A stretch of DNA of 64,000 nt from a candidate division WOR-3 bacterium (GCA_039802005.1 JBDRVV010000004.1:31227-95226); one strand, 5' to 3'; shown: positions 18,236 to 28,883, counted from the stretch's first letter. Notes: generated by a model from the sequence alone, not told the origin. Made by a program: numbers and translations.

Positions 18236-18583
18236 TTAATCTTTTTCCTTTGTCTTTTGTCCCATCCGGCAATTTCCGTCAAAGAATACGCCGGATTGAA
18301 TTATCAAACCCTTACAGATAATATCGCCATACATCTGGGCACCGCTCTGGAATTCAAGCAATTCTTCTGATTGTATGTTGCCCTCAATCTTACCACCGAT
18401 CACCCCAGATTTACAAGTTACATTACCTTTGATAAATCCAGTATTGCCGCAAAATAAATTATCTTTCACTACAATATTGCCTTCGACCGTTCCATCTATT
18501 TTTATAGAACCTGTAATCTTCAAATCACCATTCACCACGGTATTCCTGCCAATTATGGTATCAATCTTGCCTTCCTTTTCCAT
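18236..18583 (-). CDS. Bactofilin (polymer-forming cytoskeletal protein, DUF583/CcmA family)
   Basis: 115 aa of repetitive beta-helix-like G-x-I/V repeats (GDLKITGSIKIDGTVEGNIVV...GNVTCKSGVIGGKIEGNI). Confidence 0.75.
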   Translation of the reverse strand: MEKEGKIDTIIGRNTVVNGDLKITGSIKIDGTVEGNIVVKDNLFCGNTGFIKGNVTCKSGVIGGKIEGNIQSEELLEFQSGAQMYGDIICKGLIIQSGVFFDGNCRMGQKTKEKD

Positions 18584-18651
18584 AATCTCCTTTCTTAAAA
18601 ATAGATTATATTTAAAAACAAAAAGAAGTCAACAACCAAATTTAAAAAATT

Positions 18652-19836
18652 TTATTTATTTGCAACCTCTGGACTAACATAAAGTCCCTTTTTTAATTTG
18701 CTTGCACCCGGGATCCAGCACCTTGGATCAGTTGGTGTTTTATTAACCATAATCTGAAAATGCAAGTTTGATCCTGTGCACATACCGGTCTTACCCATTT
18801 CACCTATCTCCTGCCCCTTGATGACCGTGTCCCCTTCAGCAACACTGATTTTATTTAGATGGATATAAACTGTATGAATCCCCTGCCCGTGGGCAATCAC
18901 AATACTCTTACCATGTCCCTCAAGTTCTTGAGCCATCACTACAACACCAGTATTCGCAGCCAATATTTTTGTGCCAACCGCATTGGAGATATCAATTGCC
19001 CGATGCGACCATTTATCAAGGCCATTATTATATTTACGGGCAATCCCAAACATTGATGTTATTGAACCAGCACAGGGCCAGATAAAATCGCCATTACATA
19101 AAAGGGTATCAAAAGTTTTAGTATATGCCTTAGCAAAATATTTACCACTTTCAAACTTCATCATTTCAAGGGTTTCCTGGGTAAGGACATGGATATCAAG
19201 TTGTGCGGTGTCTTCTTCAGCAAAATCACCAGGGATAACTTTAAATGGTATTTTATAACTTTTCTTCTCTTCATTTTCTTCATATCGTAGAGTCATAAAA
19301 TATCTTCCTGTGTCTACGTCCATAGGCACAGCAAGAACCGTCCGATAAATATTTCTTCCTGCAGGATAGAGTTTATAATTTCGGTTTAAAAATTTTATTT
19401 CTGGTTTTATTAAGGGCAAAACTGCCGTAACATTTAGTGTTGCAATCTCGCCCTGTTTGTAAATCTTCTTGTCCAAGGATATGCTTTGAAATATACCATT
19501 AATAAGTGTATCCTTAGAAACATGTGCGCTTGTAATTTTGTTATCAATTCTATCAATCTTTTCTCCAAGATTACCGCCCGGTACATATTCTTTTGTCTGA
19601 AGGGGCGGATTAAATATATTCAGCCGGATTACCGTTGGTTCAGCGAGTTGTGGGTAAAAATTTGGAATAAATTCTATAATTTTATCTGTAGGTGTCAATC
19701 TTTTATCAAGATTGATTTCTTTTTCTAAATTAGCATTTTTCGTAGTATCGTTCTGCACATTATTTTGCTGGTCATTTGCATAAATACTATAACAAAACCA
19801 CAAAGATAAAATAATTTTTACACATATCTTCTTCAT
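18652..19836 (-). CDS. M23 family metallopeptidase (LytM domain) with signal peptide
   Basis: 394 aa. A signal peptide is followed by a C-terminal LytM domain carrying the HxxxD and HxH motifs (HRAIDIS...GSNLHFQI). Confidence 0.8.
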   Translation of the reverse strand: MKKICVKIILSLWFCYSIYANDQQNNVQNDTTKNANLEKEINLDKRLTPTDKIIEFIPNFYPQLAEPTVIRLNIFNPPLQTKEYVPGGNLGEKIDRIDNKITSAHVSKDTLINGIFQSISLDKKIYKQGEIATLNVTAVLPLIKPEIKFLNRNYKLYPAGRNIYRTVLAVPMDVDTGRYFMTLRYEENEEKKSYKIPFKVIPGDFAEEDTAQLDIHVLTQETLEMMKFESGKYFAKAYTKTFDTLLCNGDFIWPCAGSITSMFGIARKYNNGLDKWSHRAIDISNAVGTKILAANTGVVVMAQELEGHGKSIVIAHGQGIHTVYIHLNKISVAEGDTVIKGQEIGEMGKTGMCTGSNLHFQIMVNKTPTDPRCWIPGASKLKKGLYVSPEVANK

Positions 19837-19942
19837 TTGTCAATTTTAACCAATATTCAATTGATGTCAAGTAGGATAAAAATGAGCCTCCTCACCTTGG
19901 TTTAAAATTCTTTATGTTATTTTTATCAAATGCCATTGTTTT

Positions 19943-20230
19943 TCACCATTTACCGTATTTAATATCAAAACTTCTAAATTCGCTTGTTGGCTCCTCATAA
20001 ACTATCTCAACATCATCAACCCTTGCACCCGGTGGTCCCTGCCAGCACCAGTCAATAAGTTTTTGCAGGTCAGTTTCTTTACCTTCGGCGATGATTTCTA
20101 CCCTGCCATCATCAAGATTCTTCACCCAACCAGTAATACCCAGTCTTTGCGCAAGTTCTTGTGTATGCACCCTGAAAAAGACGCCTTGAACGCGACCCGA
20201 TATATATAAATGAACGCGTGAATAGCTCAT
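19943..20230 (-). CDS. acyP: Acylphosphatase
   Basis: 95 aa with the VxGxVQGVFFR and GWVxN signatures. Confidence 0.85.
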   Translation of the reverse strand: MSYSRVHLYISGRVQGVFFRVHTQELAQRLGITGWVKNLDDGRVEIIAEGKETDLQKLIDWCWQGPPGARVDDVEIVYEEPTSEFRSFDIKYGKW

Positions 20231-20335
20231 ATAGTATTATACTAATTTAAGATAATCGGTCAATGGATAACAATAAGTTGGCATCAATACTGCAAAATAA
20301 CTACTTCTGTTGCATATAATTTACAAAATTAATTT

Positions 20336-20367
20336 CTAAAAAAAGAGCCCCGCTTTAAGCGGGGCTC
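20336..20367 (-). terminator. Rho-independent terminator of the 916-aa T9SS cargo gene
   Basis: A 9-bp GC-rich stem (GAGCCCCGC / GCGGGGCTC) with a 5-nt loop is followed on the minus strand by a run of 7 U. Confidence 0.75.
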
Positions 20368-20386
20368 ATTATCTCTGGATCAGAAA

Positions 20387-23137
20387 CTATTTTACAAGAA
20401 TAAGTTTGTGGGTCGCGACCTTACCTTCTGCTTCAAGTTTCAAGAAGTAAATCCCGTTTGCAAGATTTTTGGTATCCCAAGAGATTTTTCTGGTACCTGC
20501 TAATTCCATGCCATTGACAAGTGTAGTAACAAGTTTGCCGGTTACATCAAAAACTTTAAGAGAAACATTGGTTGTTCTCGTAAGGGTATAAACAATTACT
20601 GCATCCTTTGTTGGATTGGACATATTGGATGCAAAACCAAAGGTTGAATTAATCTTATGTGCATCAGGTTTTTCTGAAATTCCATATACACCCAGATTAA
20701 TTAAACCTTCTGTAGCATTAGTTGCTGTACCACTTGCGGTATTGTAACCACCCGGGCAGAAGAATGTACCACCATTCAAGGTTGGAACATAGACTGCATT
20801 CTGAGCATTAGAAATTGGAGTCGGTTTATTAAGACTCTGATGCCACTGGTTATCTGCTGGGTCATAATACCAGGTATCGTAGGCAGGTACACCGTGGTCA
20901 TCACCACCCGTGAAGTAGAACTTGCCAAGGACACAAGCACCCTGAACCCTTGAGCGGCCAGGTGTGCCTGATGGTCCGGTCGGAATATTAGGACCCTGGG
21001 ACCAGGTGATAGATTGGGGATTGGTTGGGTTAATCACGCCAATGTATAAATTTGTAACATAATCGCCATTATAACCACCCGCAACAAATATAGTATCACC
21101 AGAAATCCCAATTGCGAATGAGCGATTTGTGGTTGGCAGGTTGGTTCCAGTTGTCCAGGTATTATTTGCGGGGTTATAGATATCAACGCTGTTGTAGTAA
21201 GTTGAACCAGATTGACCACCGATTACATATATCAGGGTATCACGCCAGGCAACTGCACCGAGGAAATGTCTACCAACAGGGAGATTTGCTCGGTCAATAA
21301 CAGTTCCAGCAACCGGGTCAAATTCCTGATTGTAGTTCAAGGCATTAAAGCTATCATCACCGCCACCTATGACATAGATCTTACCATCCACAACAGCAGC
21401 TACACATCTCTGGGTTGCGTGATTTAGAACTGTTGATAGTGTTGTCCAGGTTTCATTGGTACAGTTAAACGCATAAATTGCATTGGTTGCAGATCCAGTA
21501 TTCCCACCAAGTGAATAGACTGTTGGTGTACCAGTAACATCAGTATAGACACAGGCATGGTAATAATTAGGTGCAGGCATTGGATTAGAATATATCTTCC
21601 AGAAAGAAGATTGAGTAACTGTGGTTTTTGAAATTGTATCATTGGATGGATTTGCATCACCACCGAGAGCTGTAAAGGCATATACATTATAGGTGATGCC
21701 ATTGTTTGGTCCGGTTGTCCAGGTAGGAAAGGTCAATGTTGTATCTTCACCAGCAGGAAGTGTAACATTTATAAATTGATTATAAATGGTTGTTCCTGAA
21801 GAGTCTATTTTGAAGTAGCAATTAAAGGTTTCATTATTTTGACCAAAATTCTTGTAGGTAGCAACTGGATTGATTGCAGTATTCGGAAATACGGTGGTGC
21901 CAGGTGCAGCGATTGCTATTGTTCCTACATCATGTGGTAAGCTCCCTCTAAGTTCTACATTATCAAATGCCGCATACCACTCCCAATAAGCATTGGTATA
22001 GGCAAAATAAACCCTTATTGATTCAGCACTTGCATATGCCGAGACATCTACTGAGTCCCAGGCTGGCCCTGAACTTGCATTCTGCCAGCTCCGAAGTTCA
22101 ACAGGTGCCTGCCAGGCACCGCCAGTAAATACCCGCACACCAACCGCCAATTTCTCACTATAACCGCCACTATACCAGTAAAAGGAGTAGCCAAACTTCA
22201 ATAAAAACATATTCATTGGAGGTCTAACCGCAGGGGAATAGGCAGTGTCATTGATGGTAACCGTTCCAGCCGCATCACTATCAATCCAGTAAGATGAATC
22301 ACCGGGTGAAGGACAAGCCCAGGATGCGTGGAGTTGTGACCATTGAACATCCCAACCAGCCGGAAATGCTTGACCATTAGTATGAGTCCAGCCTTGATGA
22401 CCGGTCTCAAAATCCCAGATATAACTGACTGGTGCAGAAGTAGTTCCATAAATCTGGAATGAGGATTCGTGCGGATTGCCAAAGACTGTGGTCGCAGGAA
22501 CCCACTGGGGAAAACCAAAGACTGCGCTCTTGAAATACATCTGCTGGCCATCACCCCAGCCAGGATTATTAGCGGGCCAGGAACAATTATTCCCCCATTG
22601 TGGAGGAAAGAGTAGCGTCGGTTCAAATTCAATCCAGTAACGAGTTCCGGGAAAAGCGTGGAATGGTGGAATTTTTGCAGTGTATTGATAATACAGACCT
22701 AAATTCTGCTCGGTGAATGATACGCGCGCAACATAAATAGGGGCCTGCTTTGGTTGGGGACCACTTGCACCCGTGCTATCTTCATATATCTTTATCCAGA
22801 AATCTACAGGGAGAGTAGGTGTACCGTTCCAGTAGCCACCCCACCAGACAAGGGAATCAACATCTGTTTCAAAAGGTACACTGAAATTATCCGCAATCTC
22901 AGCTTCAAAAGGATAGACACTATCCCACTGGCAAGCATCAAAGGTATAATAACCAGTTGCTGCCTGGTCAAACAGTAACTCACTACGGTCACCGAGAATC
23001 GGTTCCTGACTTATACCTACATTGATTGGACTTTTTAATGTAGGCATAGTATTCTGATTTTGTGCATCAGTGTTGTTATCAGCAAAGACAACCAATGCAA
23101 AAATCAGAATCAATGATAAGCCTAATAATTTCTTCAT
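20387..23137 (-). CDS. Large secreted Kelch/beta-propeller repeat protein with a T9SS C-terminal sorting domain
   Basis: 916 aa with a signal peptide. Kelch-like repeats recur (KIYVIGGGDD, LIYVIGGQSG, IFVAGGYNGD). The last ~70 aa, ending ...NGIYFLKLEAEGKVATHKLILVK, form a Por_Secre_tail-type domain. Confidence 0.6.
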   Translation of the reverse strand: MKKLLGLSLILIFALVVFADNNTDAQNQNTMPTLKSPINVGISQEPILGDRSELLFDQAATGYYTFDACQWDSVYPFEAEIADNFSVPFETDVDSLVWWGGYWNGTPTLPVDFWIKIYEDSTGASGPQPKQAPIYVARVSFTEQNLGLYYQYTAKIPPFHAFPGTRYWIEFEPTLLFPPQWGNNCSWPANNPGWGDGQQMYFKSAVFGFPQWVPATTVFGNPHESSFQIYGTTSAPVSYIWDFETGHQGWTHTNGQAFPAGWDVQWSQLHASWACPSPGDSSYWIDSDAAGTVTINDTAYSPAVRPPMNMFLLKFGYSFYWYSGGYSEKLAVGVRVFTGGAWQAPVELRSWQNASSGPAWDSVDVSAYASAESIRVYFAYTNAYWEWYAAFDNVELRGSLPHDVGTIAIAAPGTTVFPNTAINPVATYKNFGQNNETFNCYFKIDSSGTTIYNQFINVTLPAGEDTTLTFPTWTTGPNNGITYNVYAFTALGGDANPSNDTISKTTVTQSSFWKIYSNPMPAPNYYHACVYTDVTGTPTVYSLGGNTGSATNAIYAFNCTNETWTTLSTVLNHATQRCVAAVVDGKIYVIGGGDDSFNALNYNQEFDPVAGTVIDRANLPVGRHFLGAVAWRDTLIYVIGGQSGSTYYNSVDIYNPANNTWTTGTNLPTTNRSFAIGISGDTIFVAGGYNGDYVTNLYIGVINPTNPQSITWSQGPNIPTGPSGTPGRSRVQGACVLGKFYFTGGDDHGVPAYDTWYYDPADNQWHQSLNKPTPISNAQNAVYVPTLNGGTFFCPGGYNTASGTATNATEGLINLGVYGISEKPDAHKINSTFGFASNMSNPTKDAVIVYTLTRTTNVSLKVFDVTGKLVTTLVNGMELAGTRKISWDTKNLANGIYFLKLEAEGKVATHKLILVK

Positions 23138-23554
23138 TTCTTCTCCTTTTTTATTAAGATAATCATTACAAATAAACCAACCTATTTGTAAAAGGTTGGA
23201 TTGACACGGATATGTACTTTAAATAAGTTTTTTTCGTGCAAAATCCGTGTCTACTTGTTTCTGTTTATCACCCCCTTTCTTTGACAAAGGTATTAGAGAT
23301 AGTAGGAATACTATTCAGCAATAGGGATAAACTTTTCTATTGCCCATGTAGTAACCTATCAACTTTTCCCTTTTAATTTCTTAGAATTACCTAATAATCG
23401 TTTGATTGCAATTATTAGCGGTGATATATTATATTCCTTTTTGGCAAAATGTCAATACCCCGATTTGTTATAGTTCAGAACCCCAAATATCTTTCCCAAG
23501 TTATTAAATAAATATGGAAAATTTTTACAATAAATAGTTAAAACTTATTCTGAT

Positions 23555-24277
23555 TTAAGGTGTTATTGCGCCCACGAGTGAATAAACTTCTTTTGCCCCA
23601 TTATCTTTCAACACCCTTGCGCATTCTTTAATCGTTGCACCGGTAGTCATCACATCATCAATAATTATAATTTTTTTATCTTTAACTGAAAATTCCTTTT
23701 TTAATCTAAACGCATTCCTGACATTATCCTGCCTTTTTTTATGATCAAGGCGTGTCTGGGTTCTGGTATTTTTGATTCTAATCAAGCAGTCTAAAACAGA
23801 TATAGTAGTTTCCTGACTGATTATTTTTGAAAGCAGTTCAGCCTGATTATAAGTCCTGCGAAGTTTTTTCCACCAGAAAAGTGGTACCGGGACTAAATGG
23901 TTTGCATCCCGCAGATAAAAGTCGTTTTTCAAAACCCCTGACATACCCATACCAAAAAAATTAGCAAGTTGTGTTTTACCACGATATTTTAAATGGTGTA
24001 TGATTGTATCAACCGGGGACACATATAATGCAAACGCCCTGCCATAATCAAGGGTTTTCTCATATCTGCAGAATCTACAGGTTTTCGTATCATTGATTGG
24101 TCTACCACAATTCGGACACAAAGGAGATTTTGGATAGAGAATGAGGTCAAGGCAATTATCACATACCAGATATCGTTCAATCTCCTTTCCACAGATAATA
24201 CAGAAATTGGGGAGTATAAAATCAATAAAGCAATTTAAATTTCCTGTTATATAATTTAAAATTTTTTTTAATTCCAT
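23555..24277 (-). CDS. ComF-family protein (double zinc ribbon plus phosphoribosyltransferase domain)
   Basis: 240 aa with CxxC...CxxC pairs and the PRTase motif IIIIDDVMTTGAT. Confidence 0.7.
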   Translation of the reverse strand: MELKKILNYITGNLNCFIDFILPNFCIICGKEIERYLVCDNCLDLILYPKSPLCPNCGRPINDTKTCRFCRYEKTLDYGRAFALYVSPVDTIIHHLKYRGKTQLANFFGMGMSGVLKNDFYLRDANHLVPVPLFWWKKLRRTYNQAELLSKIISQETTISVLDCLIRIKNTRTQTRLDHKKRQDNVRNAFRLKKEFSVKDKKIIIIDDVMTTGATIKECARVLKDNGAKEVYSLVGAITP

Positions 24278-24449
24278 TCTTATGTACTACAAATGATATT
24301 ACACAAAATTTCGGCGATGTCAAGGAAAGTAATTTACCACACCGTCTTTTATTATCCAATTAATTTCGGAAAACAATCCATATTCAATGCAATTAGAAAA
24401 TTTAGTTAGAAACTACTTGAAATTTGGCAAAATTTTCCTATAATCTTAT

Positions 24450-25670
24450 ATGGTGCGGGTATTGAACTCCGGTGATTCAAGAATTCCGAGAGATGCACGA
24501 TTATTAACGATTGATAAAAATCCCCTCAATGATATATTTGATTACTTTTTCTATAATGATTCTACGAAGAAAAGAAATCTCGTATTCACAATGAACGGAA
24601 GTAAAAAGGTAATATCTTTAAACCCTGGAGAAGATATAAATATTATCCTTGAAGAACCCCGCTATAAAAAATGTGAGAACGACTGTGATTATTGCTTTAT
24701 TAAAGGATTGCCTGCAGGTTTGCGAAAAGAATTATATTTCCGCGATGATGACTATCGTCTTTCTTTCATTTTTGGGAATTTCTTGAGTCTTACTAACCTA
24801 ACCGATGAAGATATAGCACGTATAATAAAGATGAGACTCTCACCCCTGTATGTTTCGGTTCATACTACAAATCCCATTTTACGTTCAAGGTTGTTCAAAA
24901 ACAAAAGAGCCGAACTTATAGTTGAACAATTAAGAAAACTTATTGAGGGGGATATCAAAATTCATTGTCAGGTTGTTGTGATTCCCGGATTAACAGATGG
25001 AATAAATATAGAAAAAACCGTCAATGACCTTTTCAGATTATTCCCGGGTGTATCTTCAGTTGGTATCGTGCCCGTAGGCAAAACAAAATTTTTAAAAAAA
25101 TTCTCAGGTGTAAATAAAAAACTTGCTTTAAAAATCGTTAAAGATACAAATCTAATGCACTTAAATTTTAGAAAGAAAGTAAACCGGGGATTTGTTTATA
25201 TCGCGGATGAATTTTTTATTAAGGCAGGAATCCCTATTCCTGAAAGGGATTACTACGACGAATTTTATCAATATGAAAATGGGATAGGTATGGTAAGGCA
25301 GTTGCTTGATGAGATTGATTCAATTAAATGTCTGAATAAAATTTCGGGGAAATTTCTCTTTGTTACTGGTGAACTTGCCTACCCTTTTATCAATTATCTA
25401 AAGAAAAAATTAGCTAGTAAAAAACTTTTCATTGATGTCCTTCCGGTAAAAAATAGATTCTTTGGTGATATGGTCACAGTCTCCGGGTTGCTTACTGGCA
25501 ATGATATATATAACGCATTGAGATTGACCGCGAAAAAATATGACCGAATTATCCTTCCACCAAATTGTGTGAATGACAATGGAAAATTTTTAGATGATTT
25601 TAACCTTAATGGAATAAATTATATTGTTTCACCATATTCAATAAAGGAATTGCTCTTATGGCTACAGTAG
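24450..25670 (+). CDS. DUF512-family protein (radical-SAM-like), conserved upstream of der
   Basis: 406 aa with a CxxxCxxC-like motif (CENDCDYCF). Its position directly upstream of, and overlapping, der matches the conserved DUF512-der synteny. Confidence 0.5.
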   Translation: MVRVLNSGDSRIPRDARLLTIDKNPLNDIFDYFFYNDSTKKRNLVFTMNGSKKVISLNPGEDINIILEEPRYKKCENDCDYCFIKGLPAGLRKELYFRDDDYRLSFIFGNFLSLTNLTDEDIARIIKMRLSPLYVSVHTTNPILRSRLFKNKRAELIVEQLRKLIEGDIKIHCQVVVIPGLTDGINIEKTVNDLFRLFPGVSSVGIVPVGKTKFLKKFSGVNKKLALKIVKDTNLMHLNFRKKVNRGFVYIADEFFIKAGIPIPERDYYDEFYQYENGIGMVRQLLDEIDSIKCLNKISGKFLFVTGELAYPFINYLKKKLASKKLFIDVLPVKNRFFGDMVTVSGLLTGNDIYNALRLTAKKYDRIILPPNCVNDNGKFLDDFNLNGINYIVSPYSIKELLLWLQ

Positions 25671-26935
25671 CAATCGTCGGCAGAAAGAATGTCGGTAAAT
25701 CATCAATATTCAATCGTCTTGTCGGCAGAAGGCTGAGCATAGTCCACGAGACCCCTGGTGTCACAAGAGACAGAATTTATGGAGAAGTCTTCTGGCGGGG
25801 AAGGATATTTAATTTGATTGATACCGGTGGTTTCTTTCCTGAGGAAGAAAATATTCTTGCCAGAAAAATTATGTATCAAATTGAACTCGCCTTGAAGCAG
25901 GCAGATTTGATATACTTTGTTGTTGATGGCAGGGCGGGATTAATGCCTGCGGAACAGGAAATTGCCGAACTGCTCCGTAGATTAAATAAACCCGTTTATT
26001 TGCTTATCAATAAAATTGATAATAAATCGCTCTTGCCTGTAATAAATGAATTTTACAAATTGGGATTTAATAAAGTATTTGCAGTTTCGGCTGAAGGTGG
26101 AATTGGTTTTGGTGAGGTGCTTGATGAGACGATAAAATTGTTGCCCGTTATAAAAATTAAAAAAGATACGCGTTTAATAAAAATTGCAATTTTAGGACGA
26201 CCAAATGCGGGTAAATCTACACTCCTTAATACAATCATCAAGGAAGAGAGGGCAGTGGTTGACGAAAAGCCAGGAACAACAAGGGATCTCGTCAATGCCC
26301 AGTTTATATTCAAAGACAAAAAGATTGAAATCATAGATACATACGGGTTAAAAAAACGCTCCCGCATAAAAGAGCCGATAGAATTCTATTCAATGATGCG
26401 GGTGATGCATATCATTGATGATATTGACATTGGAATAGTACTATTTGATGTCACCCAGGGTGTGGTTCACGAAGATTGTCACATTGCATCATTATTATTA
26501 TCAAAGGCAAAAGGTATAATAATTGCGCCGAACAAAATTGATTTATTGAATAAACAGGAATACAGAAAAATCTTACATTCTACGATTGGATCATTTAGGT
26601 TCGTTGATTTCGCACCCGTTGTTCTTATTTCAGCAAAACAAAATATTGGCATTGATAGATTACTTCAGGTAATAATTGATGTTTATTCAGAACTCAACAA
26701 AAAGGCAAGTACAAAAACCCTTAAGGATTTACCAGATTCACTCAAACCTCCACCGAACGGCCGAATTTTAAAGATAACCCAAACTGACACAAATCCACCA
26801 AGATTCAGGGTTCAAACAACAGTCCAATTAAAAGAAAATTATATTCAATATTTGCGCAACACAATAAGAAATTATTTCGGGTTCTCTGGTGTTCCTATAA
26901 TTATCAAAACTGAACAGACAAGGAAAAATAAATGA
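25658..26935 (+). CDS. der: Ribosome biogenesis GTPase Der (EngA)
   Basis: 425 aa with two tandem GTPase domains (GRKNVGKSS and GRPNAGKST) and a KH-like C-terminus. Confidence 0.9.
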   Translation: MATVAIVGRKNVGKSSIFNRLVGRRLSIVHETPGVTRDRIYGEVFWRGRIFNLIDTGGFFPEEENILARKIMYQIELALKQADLIYFVVDGRAGLMPAEQEIAELLRRLNKPVYLLINKIDNKSLLPVINEFYKLGFNKVFAVSAEGGIGFGEVLDETIKLLPVIKIKKDTRLIKIAILGRPNAGKSTLLNTIIKEERAVVDEKPGTTRDLVNAQFIFKDKKIEIIDTYGLKKRSRIKEPIEFYSMMRVMHIIDDIDIGIVLFDVTQGVVHEDCHIASLLLSKAKGIIIAPNKIDLLNKQEYRKILHSTIGSFRFVDFAPVVLISAKQNIGIDRLLQVIIDVYSELNKKASTKTLKDLPDSLKPPPNGRILKITQTDTNPPRFRVQTTVQLKENYIQYLRNTIRNYFGFSGVPIIIKTEQTRKNK

Positions 26936-27531
26936 TGAATATAACAAATATTCTGATTTCTTTTCTTATTGGAATGCTATTCGGGATAATACCATTTTCT
27001 TATTTGTTGGGACTTATAAAAGGTGTTGATTTGAAGAAAACCGGAAGCGGCAATATCGGCGCAACAAATCTTGGCAGATCTCTTGGTTTAACATTTTTCA
27101 TCATTGGATTTTTACTTGATGCGTTAAAGGGTTTTTTACCAGTACTCATTACCCGTTCTTTCAATCTCTATCCCGCCTTTGCAGGTGCCGGAGCAATCCT
27201 GGGGCATATCTTTAATCCTATTTTTCATTTTAAAGGTGGAAAGGGGGTATCAACAACGATTGGCGTTGCTCTAAGTATTGTGCCCCAACCATTTTTGATA
27301 GCAATTGGCGTATGGTTGATTATTTATCTAAGTACCTATATAGTTTCAATCGCCTCAATAAGTATGGCAATAATTCTTTCCATTGCTACATTTTTGATTG
27401 GAAAATCAGAACCGAGTGAAAAGATTTTGATTGTAATTATCAGTATACTCGTGCTCTATGCCCATCGTTCAAATATAAAAAGATTAATAAACAAAACAGA
27501 ATCAAAAACAATCCTGTGGAGGAAGAAATGA
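26932..27531 (+). CDS. plsY: Glycerol-3-phosphate acyltransferase PlsY
   Basis: 199 aa, polytopic, with GSGNIGATN and HIFNP motifs. Confidence 0.85.
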   Translation: MMNITNILISFLIGMLFGIIPFSYLLGLIKGVDLKKTGSGNIGATNLGRSLGLTFFIIGFLLDALKGFLPVLITRSFNLYPAFAGAGAILGHIFNPIFHFKGGKGVSTTIGVALSIVPQPFLIAIGVWLIIYLSTYIVSIASISMAIILSIATFLIGKSEPSEKILIVIISILVLYAHRSNIKRLINKTESKTILWRKK

Positions 27532-28514
27532 ATATAGCAATTCTCGGATGTGGTAACTGGGGTTCGGTGTTCGGCATTATGCAGTATAAAAATGGTCATA
27601 GTGTAAAAATATGGGAATTTGATAAAAAACGTGCTGAGAAGGTTCAGAAAACAAGAGATAACAGTCCATTTCTTTTAAAATATAGAATCCCTGATTCAAT
27701 CTTGATTGATTGGCGTTTGGAAAATATAGTAAAAAATTGTGACCTAATAGTATTTGCAGTACCCTGCCAGACATTGAGAAATGTTTTAATCGAAATGGAA
27801 AAAATAAAAATAAAAACAAAAGAATTTTTGAGTTTAATAAAAGGGATTGATATAAAAACCCTCCAGTTACCATCAGGAATTATCAAAAACAGATTTCCTG
27901 AAAGTAAATGTTTTGTGTTATCAGGTCCCTCAATTGCAAATGAGATAATAAGAAATGAACCGACCGCTGTCGTCCTTGCCAGTTATGATTTAGATAGGGC
28001 AAAAAAATTACAACCCGAGATTGCTGCGGAAAATTTTAGAATTTACATATCTGACGATGTAATCGGAGTTGAACTTGGTGGTGCGGTTAAGAATGTACTG
28101 GCGCTCGCCTGCGGAATAAGTGATGGATTAGGGTTTGGTTCTAATGCCAAAGGTGCATTAATATCACGGGGTATCTTAGAAATTCAAAGGCTTGGCTCAA
28201 AAATGGGCGCAAATCCTAAAACATTTTATGGGTTATCAGGTCTTGGCGATTTGATAACCACATCTTTCAGTGAAGAATCGAGAAATCATTTATTTGGCAA
28301 GATGCTCGGCAGGGGTAAATCTGTAAAAGAAATAAAAAAAGATTTTGTAATGGTTGCCGAAGGGGTACCGACTGCAAGGGCGGTAATGGAACTTGCAAAA
28401 AAATATAATGTTGAAATGCCAATATCAAAGGTTGTTTATGAAATCATTTACAAAAGAAAATCCCCTTTACAGGGTTTAAAGAGTTTAATGTTAAGACCAT
28501 TAAAAAATGAATAG
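27516..28514 (+). CDS. gpsA: NAD(P)H-dependent glycerol-3-phosphate dehydrogenase
   Basis: 332 aa with an N-terminal GxGxWG Rossmann fold (ILGCGNWGS) and a GpsA-type C-terminal domain. It sits in the der-plsY-gpsA synteny. Confidence 0.9.
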   Translation: MEEEMNIAILGCGNWGSVFGIMQYKNGHSVKIWEFDKKRAEKVQKTRDNSPFLLKYRIPDSILIDWRLENIVKNCDLIVFAVPCQTLRNVLIEMEKIKIKTKEFLSLIKGIDIKTLQLPSGIIKNRFPESKCFVLSGPSIANEIIRNEPTAVVLASYDLDRAKKLQPEIAAENFRIYISDDVIGVELGGAVKNVLALACGISDGLGFGSNAKGALISRGILEIQRLGSKMGANPKTFYGLSGLGDLITTSFSEESRNHLFGKMLGRGKSVKEIKKDFVMVAEGVPTARAVMELAKKYNVEMPISKVVYEIIYKRKSPLQGLKSLMLRPLKNE

Positions 28515-28525
28515 AGGAGGTAAGG

Positions 28526-28858
28526 ATGGCTGAGAAAGAGTTTTATTCTATAAAAGAAGTAGCAAAAATGCTTGAAATTCCTGCTTATGTATTGAGATAC
28601 TGGGAAAAAGAATTTCCTATGCTTAGACCACACAGAAATAGACTGGGCAGGAGATTTTATTCTCAGAAAGATATAGAAATAGCACGTATGATAAAAGTAA
28701 TTTTGTATGAACAGGGATTTACAATAGCGGGTGCGCGAAAAAAGTTGGCATCTATAACCCAAGGTCCGGAACAATTAACATTGCCGTTAAGTGATGCAGT
28801 AAAGATTATAAAAGAAGTGAAAGAGGAGTTAAAAGAAATCCGCTCTCTGTTAGATTAA
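28526..28858 (+). CDS. MerR-family transcriptional regulator
   Basis: 110 aa with an N-terminal HTH (YSIKEVAKMLEIPAYVLRYWEKEF). Confidence 0.7.
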   Translation: MAEKEFYSIKEVAKMLEIPAYVLRYWEKEFPMLRPHRNRLGRRFYSQKDIEIARMIKVILYEQGFTIAGARKKLASITQGPEQLTLPLSDAVKIIKEVKEELKEIRSLLD

Positions 28859-28883
28859 AAATCTTTAAATTTTAGAATCCTGA

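Noticed and set aside
21034-22992. Short ORFs on both strands inside the 916-aa T9SS cargo gene (21034-21219, 21112-21300, 21212-21427, 21424-21702, 22213-22632, 22754-22978, 22804-22992)
   Set aside because: They are overlapped by a long, repeat-containing, signal-peptide-bearing ORF with a clear T9SS tail. The alternative frames are artefacts.
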